Source: Azolla caroliniana
Lineage: Eukaryota; Plantae; Polypodiophyta
Length of the DNA: 64,000 nt
Reading direction: 5' to 3'
NCBI GenBank assembly: GCA_043228905.1
Contig: JBHGNT010000007.1
Location: 8,928,001 to 8,992,000, forward strand
In this document: one piece after another, positions 22,702 to 36,204 of the stretch
Layout: each line of letters opens with the position of its first letter
How positions within the stretch are numbered: position 1 is the stretch's first letter
Notes under the pieces: generated by a model
What the model saw: only the letters and a program-made list of their open reading frames with translations
Databases searched by the model: none
Told to the model about the DNA's origin: nothing
Translations under genes and position numbers: made by a program

Positions 22702-24714
22702 ATGATGGCGATGTTCAAGCGGATGCTACAAGAACAACGTGCGATGTCAGAGTTTGTGGCGGCAGTAGAACGGCTCGTGCAACGGAACGGGCAATTCAAC
22801 GGGAAGGATGTGTCACGATATTTGCGGTATTACAAGGCGGAAATGCTACGGTGCGGAATATCGGAAGGATTACAGGTGACATCCTTCAATCAGGTGCCTA
22901 CGGACGGGCTTCAAGGGAGTATCCACAGGATACAACAACAAAATCCGACGTGGGAAGCATTTGAAGATGCGCTAAAGACCACGTTCGCCATCAAGGACTC
23001 CTCCAAGGCAACGTGGAGAGGATTTGAAGACTGGGTGGAAACGCCATACAAGGGGCTGAAGGTCCTCGATGTGTTTTCGGGATTCGAAAGTCAATTCAGG
23101 AGGTTGTCCGCGAGAGATCAAGCTATCCTCGCACCAGACAAAGTGATCATGTTCTTACGAGCCATGGATATCCGAGACCGGAAAGATCTTAGAATGCTTC
23201 TAGAGGACACCACTACTTAGAGTGGCCTCACCAATACATGGGAAAACGTGCAAGATATCATCATGTGATACACAAAGAGGGGGCAATGGCTTGGTAGTGA
23301 AGAAAAGAGGGATTCAAAACCAATTTCGAAACCAAGATCCGGATTGAAAGACCATCAACCGTGGGCTTGGGAGACTACGACCGAGAAGGGAATCGATGCA
23401 ACCATGGTGGAGCAGTTGTTGAAGGAGATGGAGAATCTGAAAATCGCGATGGTGAAGAAGTCGGATGACCGTCCCACAAGTTCCAAGTATATGGACCGTC
23501 GATGCATATGGTGCGATAGCACCGAACATGATCGGCGGTATTATGACGAGCACAAGGAGGCGCTACGACGGGTCCTTATCTACTATGAAGGAAATCAGAT
23601 TCATTCGATGGACTCTCGGAAGCCACTCCGACCGAACTTCCGAAAAGGCGGCATGAAGAAGGTCCTAGAGAAGGAAATAGCGGCGAAAAGCAATTATGCA
23701 ACAACTTCGGGGATATGTGTGGGTGAGTCCTTTGGAGCAAAGGCGTCTTTTTGGCCGGAAGTGCTAGAAAACCCTGAGAAAACTGACTCTAATGAGATCC
23801 GAAGCACCGCGGAAGGCATCCGAGAAGCTACGGGATGGGAGTGCCCCGTCGATAAGAATAGCGTGTATGCCCTATGCCAATTACATGAGGTGTATGTAGA
23901 TGAGAAACGACAGCGCACGGATGATGCGATCAGACCATCAAAGACGCCGGAGAACTGGAACTCCGAAGGGAAGGGAAAAGGAAAAACAATTCTGGCATTC
24001 AAACTCACTTCGGACATCAAGCAACAAACAGACTTAAAAAAGGTGTTCGAGGAGAGAATCCTCAATAGCCGGGCAGATTTTTCGCTTTGGGAATTACTCG
24101 GAATAGCGAAGGAGTTCCACGATCTTCTTATGGATCTCGTGAAGAGAAAAAGACAAAATACAGAGGAAAATGCTCCAAGGGTGAATGCAAATACCGTTCT
24201 AATGATTGACACCAAAGTGGAGGATGAAATTCTGAACTCCCACTACACAAGGCCACACTGGGCACGCGCAACTACGGAGACTCCGGTCCAAATCGGAAAC
24301 ATCAAGGAGCTTGTACTAGCATTGATTGATCACGGATCGGAGATCAATTTGATGACCAAGGAGTTCTACCGAAAGGGGAAGTGGCCTATTAACACTAATC
24401 ATGGATGGAAGATCCGGGCAGCCACTAAAACAAGAGAAGATTTATTTGTGGCTTGTCTGAATGTGACGGTGAAGATCGGAGATGTGAAGATCGACCAAAA
24501 TTTCTTCGTGCAAGATGAGGTCTCACACTCCGTGATCCTCGGACAACCCTTTATCACGGCTTCACGGATGGAGACAAAGGTACTCGATGGCGGAGCGGCT
24601 TTTGCACAAATTCGGAGCCAAAGCGGACGGAAAACCATCCAATTCTTAACTATGCCATCAAATCACGAAAGGAACAAGAGAGAGCTCTTGTCCCAAACAA
24701 AAATGGATTTTTAA
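22702..24714 (+). pseudogene. Gypsy gag plus aspartic protease ORF with premature stops
   Basis: CIWCDSTEHDRRYY degenerate zinc knuckle; protease ALIDHGSEINL...VILGQPF. Confidence 0.85.
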
Positions 24715-27700
24715 AGCGGACCGTTGCGTAGTGGGGAAGTGATAGTCCGAAAAGCCCTGATACCCCACACAGGAAGAAACCTCTCAGAGCAAAACAAGTA
24801 CGAATCGGTCTAGATATGGCATCTACGTACACAGCCGTGACCAAAGTTATGAAGGAAGAATTCCAACAGGTGCAAGATGAGTTATGGTCTGCATCAATAA
24901 TAAAAGAAGATGAAGAAATCGTGGGAGTAGTCGAAGAAGTGTTTTATGGGAACACACTACAACGGCTTTGAAGAGCTTGTAGAAGAGAATAGCCAAGGAG
25001 ACCGGGTAGTTCCAGTGGAATCGGTCGAGATGTACGAGATCATCGCGAAAATGGGGCCGGATGCGCTTCGCAAAGAAGAAGCAATGGTATGTACGAAATA
25101 TAAGACCATGGAAAAGAAGGTGAAACTGGTCGCGGGACCGCTACCCATCAATAATGAACAAAAGAGGAAAGAATTCTTGGGAGATCCAACACTTCGGAAG
25201 TCCGTGGATATCGGACATGCCTTCATGGATGAGACCCAGAAGAAACTTTGGATCGGTGGAGGTGGTTTCCTCTCACAGAATGAAGAAGAACAGTTTTGTG
25301 AGATGTTTGAGCAGCATGGAAGAGCATTTGCATTCACATCGAGAGAGATAGGGTGCGTTGATCTGAAGATAGTGGAGCCGATGGTGATCTTCACGATTGA
25401 TCATGCGTCGTGGAACCTGAAGCCGATTCCGGTGCCACGGGCGCATATTCCGAAAATCATTGACTTGCTCAAGGAGAAGGTGGTGATGGGATTCTAGAGC
25501 CATCAAACGCTCGTACTCAAATTGATGGTTTACGATTCTGAAGAAGAATGGGTCACTCTCATTTATTCAAGACTTGCAACCGGTGAACAAGGTCACGATC
25601 CGGAACTCCAGAGTCGGTCCGATAGTGGACGAATTTGCGGAAGCGTTCTCCGGTCACCCGATATACTCCATCGGAGACCTATACTCTAGTATGACCAATT
25701 CCAACTAGCCGTGGAGAACCGAGACATCACTACCATGCGAACACCAATAGGATTAGTCTGGATGTACACGCTACCACAAGGCGCGATGAACTCAGTCGCA
25801 CATATGATGAATGCGATGAACAAGGTGCTCCGGGACTACATTCCAGAGATAACGATGTCGTTCCTAGATGACATTCCAATAAAAGGATGTGCGGTGGAAG
25901 AAAAAGATGAGACTATGGATGATCGGGGATGCCAAAAGTTCGTAGTCGACCATATTCGTGATTGCGAGAAAGTGTTACGGAAGTTAGAAGATGTGCACCT
26001 AACAATCTCCGGAGAGAAGTCGGCATGCCGACAAGAAGAAATATTGGTAGTCGGACATCTATGTGGGCCCTACGGCCGAAGACCGTCACCAGTCAAGATC
26101 AATGCAATTCAAGCTATGAAAGAAATATGTGAGTCACAATCCGAAATCCGTAGATTTCTTGGGGCATGTGCATTCTACCACATATGGATTCCGCACTATG
26201 CACACATTGCGGACCCACTCTATCACTTGTTGCGGAAGGGGAAGAAGTTGGAATGGAAACCGGAACATACCAAAGTCGTGAAGAAGCTCAAGAAATCACT
26301 ACAGAGGGCAAAACCACTTATGAAACCGAACTATGATCGACCGATTATAGTAACGGTTGATACAAGTCCAACCGGGATCGGATGGGTCATCAAACAAGCC
26401 GATTCAGATGGTTCACGATATCCGATCCGATTCGGAACAAAGGTTCTCAACGGAAGGCAACGCGGATATGCACAAGTTAAAAGAGAATTATGGGGAGTCG
26501 TGTCGGCGATAAAATCAGATCGAGATTACTTGATTGGAGCCGAAGTGGTGATCGAAACGGATTGTCTTCCGATACTCGGGATGATGTGGTGTTGCACAAT
26601 ACCGGATGTGGCTATGCTAAGATGGATTGCATATGTAAAGTCACTTAATTCGGAGATACAACACATCTCCGGAAAAGACAACGCGGTAGCGGATATGCTA
26701 TCAAGGGCACAGTTCTGAGCCGACATAGCTGAATCCGATAATGAAGAAGTTTCCAAAAACTACTTTACTTCGGAGCACATATGCTGGGTGAACGTAATCC
26801 GAGAATTCCGGGAAGAAGAATACGAGGGAGAAAGTTTGTTGATCAGGAAAGTGTTACAAGAAATCGAGGAATCATCAGACAATAAAGAAAAGAGAGCCAA
26901 GATCCGAAGAAAGAAGCGGCAAATCCAAAAGTTTTTCTTGAACAATGGATTAATCTGGAGGGAGCCGAAAAGACCAAATGGTATACCACTACGGGTAGTC
27001 GGAACAAAAGATCAACAAAACCGGATAATGTCCAAATTTAACGAATCCGATTGGACAGGACATCGGGGAATATGGGCAACATTTGCGAAGATCAAACAAA
27101 AATATTGGTGGAAGAATATGTACAAAGATGTAGCGGAGTTCACGGAAAGTTGTGAGAAATGTCAAATCTACTCCAAAGTTCCACACCGAGATGAATTACA
27201 TCCAACATTCTCACCGACAATCAACTTCAAATGGATGGTTGACATTGTGGCCATGTCAACCGGGATCGGACAAAAGAAGTACTTGGTGTTAGCCCGGGAA
27301 GATCTAACAAACCAAGTAGAAGGACGGGCACTACAAAGGAAAACATGTTCCGCGGTATGCCATTTTCTCTTGGAAGAAGTGTTCTGCAGGTACGGGTACG
27401 TCGGACAAGTGATTACGGATTGGGGAGAACTTGACACTGATAAAGCAAGGGAATTCTTCATTAGACATGGAGTACAATTAACACTAACCACGACATACAA
27501 TCCGGAAGCCAACGGGAAGGTCGAACGACAACATAATCCAATCGTCAAAGCACTTGCAAAAGCATGCGACGGAAGGGTGAAGGATTGGCCGCAGATGCTC
27601 TTGTATGCACTATGGGCGGATCGCACGACACATAGTTCCGTGACCGGTTATATGCCAACCGAACTTATGACCGGACAAGCACCGGTAATGCCGACGGAAA

Positions 27701-28203
27701 CCGCAATTGGAACATGGACAATACTACCATGGAAGGAATAAATGAGTCGGGAAGAACTACTAGTGGTCTAGATACGACAACTAGAGGGAAGACTGGAAGA
27801 CATTGCGGAAGCAACACGCCGACAACAGAAAGCGCGATTCCGGAACAAAGGTCGATTCGACACAAAGCATCGACTACGACCACGGAAGATTGAAGAAGGA
27901 GATTGGGTGATCGTCTATGATAGTAGTTTGGATCATCAACATACAACAATACGGAAGTTTGCTAAAAGGTGGTTCGGGCCATACGAGGTTCAGAAAGTTT
28001 CCGACCATGGAACTTACCGACTATGCGAGTTGGATGGAACAGTACTACGGGTGCCTATAGCAGGGAAACGGGTGAAGATTTTCAAGAAGCGGACTGACGA
28101 CGAACCTTATGTAATCTTAGACAAGACCAACAATGAGGAGCAATCGGACAAAGATCGTGGTGATGCAGGAAGCGAAAGAATGTGGACTACAATTGATAAT
28201 TGA
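24705..28203 (+). pseudogene. Gypsy pol (RT, RNase H, integrase) with stops and frameshifts
   Basis: LPQGAMNS, FLDDIPIKG, VDTSPTGIG, ETDCLP, GHRG..CEKC, YNPEANGKVER, WFGPY. Confidence 0.9.
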
Positions 28204-29720
28204 CATAAGGGGAGAATCAGAGAGTGCTACGGATGAAGGCGAATAACAAGCATCGGGAACTTCGGCACATACCGGAGGATGTGCGGGTTAGGAGGGGGCG
28301 AGTGTCGTAGTGTAATTCACACACTACATGAAATATGTAAAAAATATATATCTGATTGTAGTACGCATAAATAAATAAAAGAAAATATTAAAAAATTTAT
28401 TACATGCATAGGGCAGGATTCAAACCATGTACCTCCATGTTAACGATTTTAAGCCTTACCACTATACTAGCATATTATGAGTTTTAAGGTTATACTAAAC
28501 TTTATCCCATGTAAATATTCTAGATAAGCATGATAGAAAAAGTTATTCATGCATACACACTCGAGTTAAAAGAAAAGATGTGATAGATAGTTAATCATAC
28601 ACATGTAGTGTGCATGAAAACTAAAGTTAGAAAAAGCATGATGCGTGCATGTGATAAACTTAGACTCTTCCATCACTATATAAGGAAGAGAGAAATATGT
28701 ATATGGTTGTTGATTTTTTATAAGGATTGATTAATATAAAATATTCGTGGGATTCACGATTTTACCATCTATTTCTTTCTTACAATCTAAGTATCAATTA
28801 ATACACTATACTCGTGGGATTCATGATTTTCATATCTTCTTCTTGCAATCTTTTCCTAACTAACATTATATCATATTCTTCTTTCTCCTAGTCCAAAACC
28901 CTAGCGGTTCCCACCCGACTCACGCATACGATCCGGAGCCGAAAGGCACAACAACGTGTTCCAGAAAGGACACCATGTGTTAGTGGCTAAGTCCAGCCCA
29001 GGAGTAACAATACAAGACTCTACTTGCCGCCTGCTCCCACACCGGAAAATCCTTGTGTGCCAGTATTGGCGCTACGTCATTCTCTCCATGGATGTAACTC
29101 CAGTAGCAATACCCGAGCAGGTATTGGTGCATCTTGTACTCCCATGATTTGTAGTTGTTTCTATCCAACATCTCTATCGGAAGAGCACCACCCATTCCTC
29201 TATCCATTTTCTTCTTCTTGTTTGTATTGCTTCAGGGATTAGAGTGTCTGTTTTGAAACGCTTGTCGGCAGCAAAGGATTCTCAAACCTCGCGCTCTAAT
29301 ACCATGAAAATATTTGTCTGGAAGCTTAACAGAACACAACCAGCTCAACCGGACAATAACAAAGAAAACACAGAGAATCAATGAGGAACTCGGAAGAGAC
29401 AGAGAAAGAGCAGGAAAACATAGAAGCTCAATTCAAAATAATATGTTCTTTATAGAAACAAATGTGCTCAAAGAGCACTTTTATACAAGTCCTTCAAGAA
29501 TGGTCATAAGTATTGACAAGTACTTTAATGCTCATAACTGAGCTACTAACACTAATTCCTAAAAATATAACTACCTACTAAACTAGGAGCGTAGGTCTCT
29601 AATGGCCTACCGGTTCCCCGCAGATCCTGTTCTGCAATCCGACTCACCGATCCGATCCAAGCCTAGCCAATCGTTCTTCATCCAATCTGGTCAATGTTGA
29701 GCTTACTTCTCAACACATTC

Positions 29721-30560
29721 GCCAACAGCTGCCTGGAGCTAAACCTGGACGAAACGATCAACCTAATCCTCATAGAGGACATTCGACGAAAATCGATGGG
29801 ACTCACCATCGACGACTCGGTAGAAGCCCACCACTCGACCAAACAAGCCGGAAAAACAATATGAAGAATCGGTCAGTCGAGAAGGAGGATCGACAACCGA
29901 CAGTGGTCGAAGTCGAGGAATAGTCGCTCAAGTGTTTTCTACACCCATTGCAAAAAGTTTGGTCACGATGACTCTAACTGTTGGTCGATCAAGAAGGAGA
30001 GCGGTCAGTGATTCGAGCAGAATCCAAGACAGTCGACATCTTCACAAAAGCCTTGTGGACCGACAAGCTTCGGCAATTTTCGACCTATGCCTTGCCGAGC
30101 TTGAGGGGGAGTGATAGTCGACCTAATAGCTAACTCAGTCATGACATGGTTAGGCTTGAAGGGGCATGTTGAGAATCAAACTCAACCTAGTCTAATGTGT
30201 GAACACTCCCTTTGAGAATGTATGAGCATTTAAAGGTCAAAGGTCACCACTAACTTTCCAACATTAACTATGTGTCATAGAATCATATTCTATGACACAT
30301 AACTAATGAGTTTCCACATTCCCCATGACACATGAGCTTCAATGAGAGAATGTAGAGAGAGGGCGACTTTATATAAAGCACCTCTCTCCCTCTTTTATAC
30401 TTGGTTGTTTTCTATTGTATTTCTTACTCCTTGTTAATATACATTTAAGTCCTTTTATTTTCCTATCTATCTTATGCCTCTTCTCTCCTCTTTCATACAC
30501 ACATAACACACATCTCTAATCTATTCTGCATAAGATAATTACTCTAGTTAATTATTTACA
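29721..30560 (+). mobile_element. Continuation of the 14072 copia gag, internally deleted, then two PPT-like tracts and an LTR (30167-30560)
   Basis: Gag resumes after the TSD; degenerate zinc knuckle near 29940; GAGCTTGAGGGGGAG near 30097 and GGCTTGAAGGGGCA near 30153; LTR TGTTGAG...TTACA. Confidence 0.75.
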
Positions 30561-30705
30561 ATCTCATTGCATAATAATGACACGTGTTTCTAGAGCGCCA
30601 TGAGATTTCCGGAGTTCACAAATCTTCTTCAAGGTGGAATTAAGAAAATTTTATATTTGAAAAAAATACAACTCACTAGGATTACCCCAGGTGTAGTTCT
30701 TTGAA

Positions 30706-31018
30706 GGGAAAAGTACCAGGAAACCCCTGGAAGTTCGTCTATTTACCAGAATGCCCCTGGAAGTTCCAAATTTACCAAACTACCCCTATGTCCAAAAAAT
30801 TACACTTTATAAAGTAATTATACACTCAAATCTACAAGCCCTATTTACCAAAGATGGAAGAAATGGACCCAAACTAGCCCTATTTACCAAAGATTTGAGT
30901 GTATAATTACTTTATAAAGTGTAATTTTTTGGACATAGGGGTAGTTTGGTAAATTTGGAACTTCTAGGGGCATTATGGTAAATAGACGAACTTCCAGGGC
31001 TATCCTGGTACTTTTCCC
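30706..31018. mobile_element. Mutator-type MITE, 313 bp, ~127-bp TIRs
   Basis: GGGAAAAGTACCAGG...CCTGGTACTTTTCCC; perfect 9-bp TSD TTCTTTGAA at 30697-30705 and 31019-31027. Confidence 0.93.
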
Positions 31019-31539
31019 TTCTTTGAATCCCCTACGCTTGGGAGGATGTCATTGGGTGGTTATTATTATGAACCATACAAATATAATGTTTGGCAAAGAA
31101 ATATGATAGGCTCAAACAAATAGCCATAACATAATTTTATGATGTGAACATATCATTGGCAAACATTAATCGATATCGTGATCTCACGCCAGTACCTCTC
31201 TAGACATATGAGATGAGGTTCAAGATCAGGTAACTATGGAAACATAAAGGTGTTTTAAAAACCATGGGGTGACAAATGAATGCCTTTCCCTAATCTCTAT
31301 ATCGATTTTTTCGTGGCTTGATCACTTAGATACTCATTGCAAATGAGAAAAGACTAGACCACACTAGTTGCAAAAAGATACCATCCCCTTCTCATGTCCA
31401 TGAACCCTACAAAAGGCACCAAACAATGTCATCATTCATCAATGTACAAATATGAATATACAAATGAGTAAAAATATAGATATAGGAATGAGAATCTAAT
31501 CTAGCAAAACTTGAATTGGTAAAGTCTGAACAAATATGT

Positions 31540-33900
31540 TACAATGCATACATCAAAGGTCAATTAGTCTCAATAGACGAACCCTCTTTCTAGATCCTTG
31601 CATGCCCCACCCAAGCCTTCATGTACCTTTATCCTTATTGATAGGAGCTACCATTATATCTTCAAAAGGTACTACAGAGCATGTAGTGGACCTTTGTTAC
31701 CAAACTGATTTAATGTTAAATTTTGTTGCAAATTGCTTATACTTCCTCTTTGAGGCAAATCTATCATCAGAGGGGAAATAAAATACTTCAATTGATGACA
31801 TAATGCAAGCATTATTTCCTTACAAATAGAAAATTTTAACCTAGTAACAGAATCTAGAGCTTCTTCAAATTACTCAAAGTTTTTGTAAGAATCGAAATAG
31901 TTGCAAACATAGACTCATCCTTATGCCCATCAAAGTCGAATTCACACCAGCTGAATTCCCTTGACCACACATTTCTAATGCATTATCAATCAAATGTAGC
32001 TTCTTTTGTGAGTTTGGCAAATGTTGTTCAATTAGTAATCTAATCCCCATCAAGTGCTTGCATTTACTTGCATAATCTAAGCAATCATAAAAGGAACATT
32101 GAAAACATACATTATACCATGCCTTTTACATGCTTAAAACTCTAAAATACAATCTTGTCTCATATGTCACCTAAATTGTTATTGGATTTGCAACATATTG
32201 TTCAATTATCCTTTCTGCCTCTCTCGTTTTATTAGCCTCATTCTTACAATTTGTTCAAGGCAAGAATCTTCTACATTCACTTATTTCTTGCTTCTGCTTA
32301 AACCAATCAAGAATTGTAGTACCACCCATCCGTGACCCTATCACATTATCTCCTATCATTGCATGTACCAAGTCAATAATGGATCGATTTATTCTTCCTT
32401 TAATTGCAACACACTTGATGTATTGCAATGCCTCTCTATAATATTTGTAGTGTCCACATGGCCATATGAAAACATTCTTCCAAACTTGAGCCAAGTATTT
32501 CTCCATGTGTCATTACACGAACAATTTTTTATGCAAAGGAAAACTTGTTTATGGTCTTTGTATTCTTCCAATATTTCACCATATACATGATTAAATTCTT
32601 CCTCTTGTTACAATACATGGGCCAACACATACAATAATATAATTTGTCTCTTTCCATGCCATGAATTTTTGGCAATAGATGGTCAACCTAAGCTCTCTTC
32701 ATATGGAACCAACATAGCAAAATCAAGCAAGTTGTTTGTTGCCTTTTACCATTTACCATCCCAACAATATGAATAAACTGTAATGACATTTTTCAAAAAG
32801 ATGCATCCTACCCAAGACTTATCTATTACCAAAGCATTAGGTGGGACATCTTCCATTCTTCCAAATAATGTCATTTCCAATGCGAGTTATTCATGTTGAG
32901 ATCTTGCATCATTGGTGCAAAACATGTACCACAATGGAATGTTGACCCCTTACTCATTTGGTACAACTGCAACATATAAAGGCAATCCAAATACATTAGT
33001 GTTAAATGTAGAATTGATTGGCCAAACATTTTTCTTTGAAAAGCGAATACACATGTTTAACATCGACGAATCTTACATTATGAAAACAAATGGTTGCTTT
33101 GTAGGAACATATGGTTGACCATAAGTTACATTACCTTGTTTATTCAATGTATATGTTACTTGTATCATTGTAGCCCAATTATCTAGGGTTATATCTTTTT
33201 TAACATTCAACTTGTTAGCTATCTTTTGAACGTCATTTGTGAGCATAAAGAACCTAAACACGACTCTCTCAACAGGTGTAACTTTGGCCTTATGGATAAT
33301 AGTTTTTGTCATGCTTATCCTTGCTACGTGCCTCGCATATCAAACTTTAAAAAAATCCTCCATACAACATTTAATGACATTTGGATATACCTTTAATTTA
33401 TATACCTCATGTGGTACACTTGGATCATGGCCTTTGCAGGGGCATATATAGAGATGGACACTTGCATTCGGTCTCTAATTCACCTTTTAATATCCACATA
33501 AAAAGTGTAACCACATCGTTTGGTAGTCTTCCATCTACGAACACATTTGTTGCCCTTGACTGCTTTTCTCTCAAATTTTTATCTTGCATGACTCCTTGAG
33601 ACATCTAAAACACACGTGACAACCAATCTGGCAAGTGTGTTTGGATATTCGCTTCTAGCTAGTACCACCCCCCGATCATAAGGTATGTACCCCCATCCTT
33701 GGCTAGTTGAGAAGACCATATTTCAATTTCTTTATCTAAGGCCTTAAGTTTTGTGATGACGTCTTGGCAATCTTGTTCTAACATTTCCTCAAACCAAGAT
33801 TCCTCGAAAGTGATGGTATCAAAAGAGGGATTATATGAGGGATACCTATTAAGGGATTACATGATAGCAACACATCCTCCTTGGTCCAAGTCCTTTGAAG
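31540..33900 (-). pseudogene. Degenerate Mutator-like (MULE) transposase with SWIM zinc finger
   Basis: Minus strand STFNTNVLGLPLYVAVVPN, YGHVDTTNIIERH, and DCLDYASKCKHL near 32050-32100; heavily broken. Confidence 0.7.
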
Positions 33901-34822
33901 TCCTACTAAAGTATCACTTCACACGCATTTACATAACAACGTGATCACTTAATTAAGATGTTAGCAATAGCTCTTATAGAGCTTAAGCATTAAGTATTTA
34001 TGCTATAAGAAAACGTTGGTTAATCGAACAATAATCACACCATCATTAAAGGAGTTATGTTATGGACATGAACATATAATATCCTGTGGTCAAAATAATC
34101 ATCCCTGCTTTACACTCTCGTTTAACCCTCACTTTATCCACATGTATAAAATGCTACGTCAAGACTCTGTCCTCGTGGTAATCAACTCTTGACGCAAGCT
34201 CACCAGTATCACGTACAGCTCGATGCCACAGCGATGATATGGGACGCAGATCAAGGTTCGAGTCTGTCTCAATCCCTTCGCTCGAGGGTTTGTCGGGTGG
34301 ATCGACACCCTTCTTTCTCTCCCTCCTTTCTTTTCTATCAATCTATTATATCCTTATCACATGCTTACATTAGGATCTAGCTCTAACAAGTTACCACACA
34401 ATACATGCAAGATAAAGAGTGATTAAGGTTTTAGCTAACTATCAAGAATGAAAACAAGAGAGCTCTAATTAGATAATCGGAGGGTCAAGTCTTCAATTCT
34501 AAAACAAACAAGTTAAAATTCCTCAAAAGTGACTTTTATAACTTATTTACAAAGGGATTGTACCTCCGCATATTAAGGGAACCTTTAGGCCTAAAGTTCT
34601 AAAATGCATTTGCTTTCATTTGTCTTTATACATTATTTCCTATCCCGTGGCCTTTTATGTCCATCCCAATGACTTCATTGTTCATGATACTTAGGGAAGT
34701 TGCATGATTGGGCACTCATGTTATAATGTTGAGTTTGAAATGGGTTAGATTTTAAGAAAGGCAATCACTCTTCATAAGATTCTCCACAAACCCTAAACTC
34801 ATACCCTAACCATGCTAGTCAA

Positions 34823-35420
34823 AGCATCACCCTAACACATTACAAACACCACACTTAAGTGACCCGACCAATGACTATCCAATCTTCCTTCATCCTAGTG
34901 ATGAGACTTTACACAATGACATAATACTCTACAAAACACTCATATATTTTTGCTCATATACTTGTGACTCCAATCTTCCTTCCTCATAGTGATGAGACTT
35001 TACACAATGACATAATCCTCTACAAAAACACTCATATTTTTACTCATATATGTGCGACTCTTTAGCACTTTATAATCTTCATTACTTTTAGGTTCTCTCT
35101 TACCCTTATAACCTAAGGAGAGCATCACCCTAACACATTACAAACACCACACTTAAGTGACCCGACCAATGACTATCCAATCTTCCTTCATTCTAGTGAT
35201 GAGGCTTTACACAATGACATAATCCTCCACAAAAACACTCCTATATATTTGCTCATATACTTGTTGTGACTCCAATCTTCCTTCCTCCTACTGATGAGAC
35301 TTTACACAATTACATAATCCTCAACAAAAGCGCTCATATTTTTACTCTTATACTTGTGACTCTTTAGCGCCTTATCATCTTCATTATTATTAGATTCTCT
35401 CTTACCCTTATAACCTCAGG
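34823..35420 (+). repeat. Tandem duplication (298-bp unit x2), each unit with two ~90-bp subunits
   Basis: AGCATCACCCTAACACATTACAAAC at 34823 and 35121; CCAATCTTCCTT...TGATGAGACTTTACACAAT-like core four times. Confidence 0.9.
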
Positions 35421-36204
35421 AAAAACTGTCTCTATCTCCCACTGTCCTTACACACATACTTGAGAAGTGAGTGATTAGGGTTAAGCACTCTTTAACGAAA
35501 CCCTAAGAGTTTGCTAAATTAAGTTAGAGACGCTAGCAACTCAAAGAGTGCTTGTCAACCTCTCTTGCCTGTTCTCTTAATAATTACAAAAGGTATATGT
35601 AGAACGAAATCATCATTTACAACAATCAACTCAACTCAACCTATACATCTATTTAGGGTCATAAACATGTAAATAGAAGCGATACTTTCTAGTCATTCCC
35701 ATTTGACAATAAGCCTTAGCAATTGGCATATACTTTGAAACCTGCCTTAATATATACAGACTAATCTGTCCAAAGCATTTGAGCCCACTAAATGTTATTG
35801 TTGAGGAGAACCATGAGTAGTACACCATGAGATTGGTAGCAACCTAAAGATTGATTGTGGAGAGAAACACGCTCAAATAAGTATTGCATAAATAGTTAAA
35901 ATACGATACGCTTAAAGATAATGTATATTCATACAAAGGTCATTGTGCATTGAAAATTCAACCTTGTTACATGGGATAGTCTTCATAGTACACAGTCATG
36001 AGTACTAAATCCTCACAATTAAACTGGAGGGTAAGATGTAATTGAGCTCTCAAGTTATGGTCATTGGATGTACGTGATCCCAAAGTAACAAGTTACACAG
36101 ACCTCCATTGAGTTGATTAAACCAGATTTAGGTTAAGAATAATGCGAAATTTGCGATATTCATTTACAAACGTTGCGCCTAAAATACTGGCCCCAAATCG
36201 GAGA

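Larger units (their letters stand above)
22160..28953 (+). mobile_element. Ty3/gypsy LTR retrotransposon with both LTRs (22160-22635 and 28303-28953), coding region decayed
   Basis: TGTCGTAG...ACA LTRs; PBS 22640-22656; PPT GGAGGGGGCGAG 28291-28302; domain order gag-PR-RT-RH-INT. Confidence 0.95.
14886..29715 (-). mobile_element. Outer Ty1/copia family A element: 5' LTR 29305-29715, 3' LTR 14886-15698, interior mostly replaced by other TEs
   Basis: Matching LTRs (TGAAAA...CTCAACA); PBS reverse complement GCTCTAATACCA ending 29304; PPT at 15699; TSD CATTT/CATTC; gag N-terminus 28954-29207; RNase H and tail 15700-16660. Confidence 0.85.

Noticed and set aside
28411-28473. Functional tRNA genes in the LTRs and at 4250
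   Set aside because: No complete cloverleaf or acceptor stem could be built; reported as tRNA-derived modules only.
34160-34320. B-box-like GGTTCGAGTC in a GC-richer patch
   Set aside because: No properly spaced A box and no second copy in the window.
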